From IMG/VR virus record IMGVR_UViG_2617270964_000015: DNA of 15,512 bases; one strand, written 5' to 3'. Of the stretch, positions 14,298-15,512 are shown piece by piece. This stretch comes from a virus (taxonomy: Duplodnaviria; Heunggongvirae; Uroviricota; Caudoviricetes). The notes beneath the pieces were generated by a model. That model did no database searches. It saw only the letters and a program-made list of their open reading frames with translations, and was not told where the DNA came from. A program made the translations under genes and the position numbers. Positions within the stretch are counted from its first letter, which is position 1, and every line of letters begins with the position of its first letter.

Positions 14298-15512
14298 TCA
14301 ATCTAATTTTTCAGATTTTATGTAAACAACGTTTCCGCCATGCTCAAGCGAATCCATATAGTCGGCGTACCACTGGAGCATTTCCCGGCGACCATCCAGA
14401 TATTGCGCATGGTTGTATGTGCCACGAATTGAGTTTTTATCGGCGTGCGCAAGCTGTGTCTCTATCCACGCGGTGTTATAGCCCTGCTCATGCAAAATGG
14501 TGCTCATGGTGTGCCGGAATCCATGACCAGTAACGCGCCCGGCGTAGCCAATACGACGAATGAGCACATTCATTGCCATTTCACTCATTGGCTTACTGTG
14601 GTGAATACGACCGGGGAAAATAAACTGATACTGGCCTGTCATGTTTTTTAACTGCTCCAGTATTTTTATCGCCTGTTCTGGTAATGGCACACAATGCGGA
14701 CGGCGCATCTTCATTCGTTCTTTAGGCACTTCCCACAAACGATTATCAAAATCGATCTCCCGCCATTCTGCCTGCCGTAATTCCCCGGGTCTGACACCTG
14801 TCAGAATTAATAGCCGCATTGCCAGTTTGACGATCTGGCTTCCGGTGTACGTATTAAAAACGCGGAAAAATTCCGGCAGTTCGTCGGCCTTCAGATAGGC
14901 GTAATGCTCTTTTTTATGTGGAGCAAATGCGCTCACCAGGTCAGGGGCTGGATTATATTCGGCGCGTCCGGTGATGATTGCGTACCGGAACACCTCGCCA
15001 CATCGCTGGCGAACCTTACGCAATTTTTCAGTCGCACCACGGTCATTAAGACGGGAAAGAACCGCCAGCAATTCCATCGGCTTAATTTCTGCGATCGGCC
15101 TACCGCCAATGTACGGAAAAACATCTTTTTCAAACGTCTCGATCATTTCCTCGGCGTATGACGATGACCACCTGTCGATCCGCTTTTCGTACCATTCGCG
15201 AGCGATACCCTCAAAAGTATTGCCAAATTTGCTCGCCTGTTCTCGCTTTTGGGCTTTTCTGGCCTCACTTGGATTTATACCACCAGCAAGAAGCCTTTTA
15301 GCCTCATCCCTTGCCGCCCTGGCATCAGACAGAGACACATCAGGGTACACACCCAACGACAACATTTTGGGCTTTCCTGCAAACCTGTAGCGCAGTCGCC
15401 ACCCTTTCGAACCGTTCGGCTCAATGAGCAACGAAAGCCCGTTACCGTCATTGAGTGTATAAGCCTTTTCTTTCGGCTTCGCGCGCCTGATGGCAAGGTC
15501 TGAAAGCAGCAT
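14298..15512 (-). CDS. int: Tyrosine recombinase, P4-type phage integrase
   Basis: ATG occupies the last three bases of the window (15512-15510). N-terminus MLLSDLAIRRAKPKEKAYTLNDGNGLSLLIEPNGSKGWRLRYRF is the P4-integrase arm-binding signature. C-terminal catalytic region GHGFRHTMSTIL ... LAHADKNSIRGTYNHAQY carries the R/HxxR/Y residues. Upstream promoter and att site are outside the window. Confidence 0.85.
   Translation of the reverse strand: MLLSDLAIRRAKPKEKAYTLNDGNGLSLLIEPNGSKGWRLRYRFAGKPKMLSLGVYPDVSLSDARAARDEAKRLLAGGINPSEARKAQKREQASKFGNTFEGIAREWYEKRIDRWSSSYAEEMIETFEKDVFPYIGGRPIAEIKPMELLAVLSRLNDRGATEKLRKVRQRCGEVFRYAIITGRAEYNPAPDLVSAFAPHKKEHYAYLKADELPEFFRVFNTYTGSQIVKLAMRLLILTGVRPGELRQAEWREIDFDNRLWEVPKERMKMRRPHCVPLPEQAIKILEQLKNMTGQYQFIFPGRIHHSKPMSEMAMNVLIRRIGYAGRVTGHGFRHTMSTILHEQGYNTAWIETQLAHADKNSIRGTYNHAQYLDGRREMLQWYADYMDSLEHGGNVVYIKSEKLD

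Noticed and set aside
14445-15503. Plus-strand and alternative-frame ORFs within the integrase gene
   Set aside because: The minus-strand frame carries the complete tyrosine-recombinase signature; the others are shadow ORFs.
15480-15512. Possibility of a tRNA gene or att site at the right edge
   Set aside because: The window ends at the integrase start codon; no tRNA-like sequence lies inside the window, so nothing can be called.

Overview
The window holds three things. (1) Bases 1-390 are the 3' part of an IS1 copy (InsB C-terminus plus right terminal inverted repeat). (2) IS1 has inserted into an AT-rich block (391-3340) carrying a SpoA-domain gene of the type III secretion SctQ/FliN kind, truncated exactly at the IS1 junction, and a GH15-like lipoprotein gene. 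(3) From about 3.8 kb to the right edge lies roughly 11.7 kb of a P4/PICI-like integrative element, almost entirely on the minus strand. Read from the right edge leftwards it runs: tyrosine integrase, an AT-rich 302-aa cargo gene, alpA, an AntA-like antirepressor, a divergent ribbon-helix-helix regulator on the plus strand, a translationally coupled operon ending in a P4-family primase, an iteron-rich putative origin, a ProQ/FinO-like plus PerC-like pair, tandem terminators, a four-gene cassette containing a stand-alone FtsH/M41-like HExxH protease domain, and a lipoprotein gene. The candidates for something undescribed are the four-gene protease cassette (5336-6916), the AT-rich cargo gene between int and alpA (13359-14267), and a triple-repeat gene split by a C11 homopolymer (10486-11000). 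No rRNA, tRNA or CRISPR array was seen. All calls rest on reading the sequence and ORF translations and on remembered family signatures; no database search or computation was run, and composition statements are by-eye estimates.
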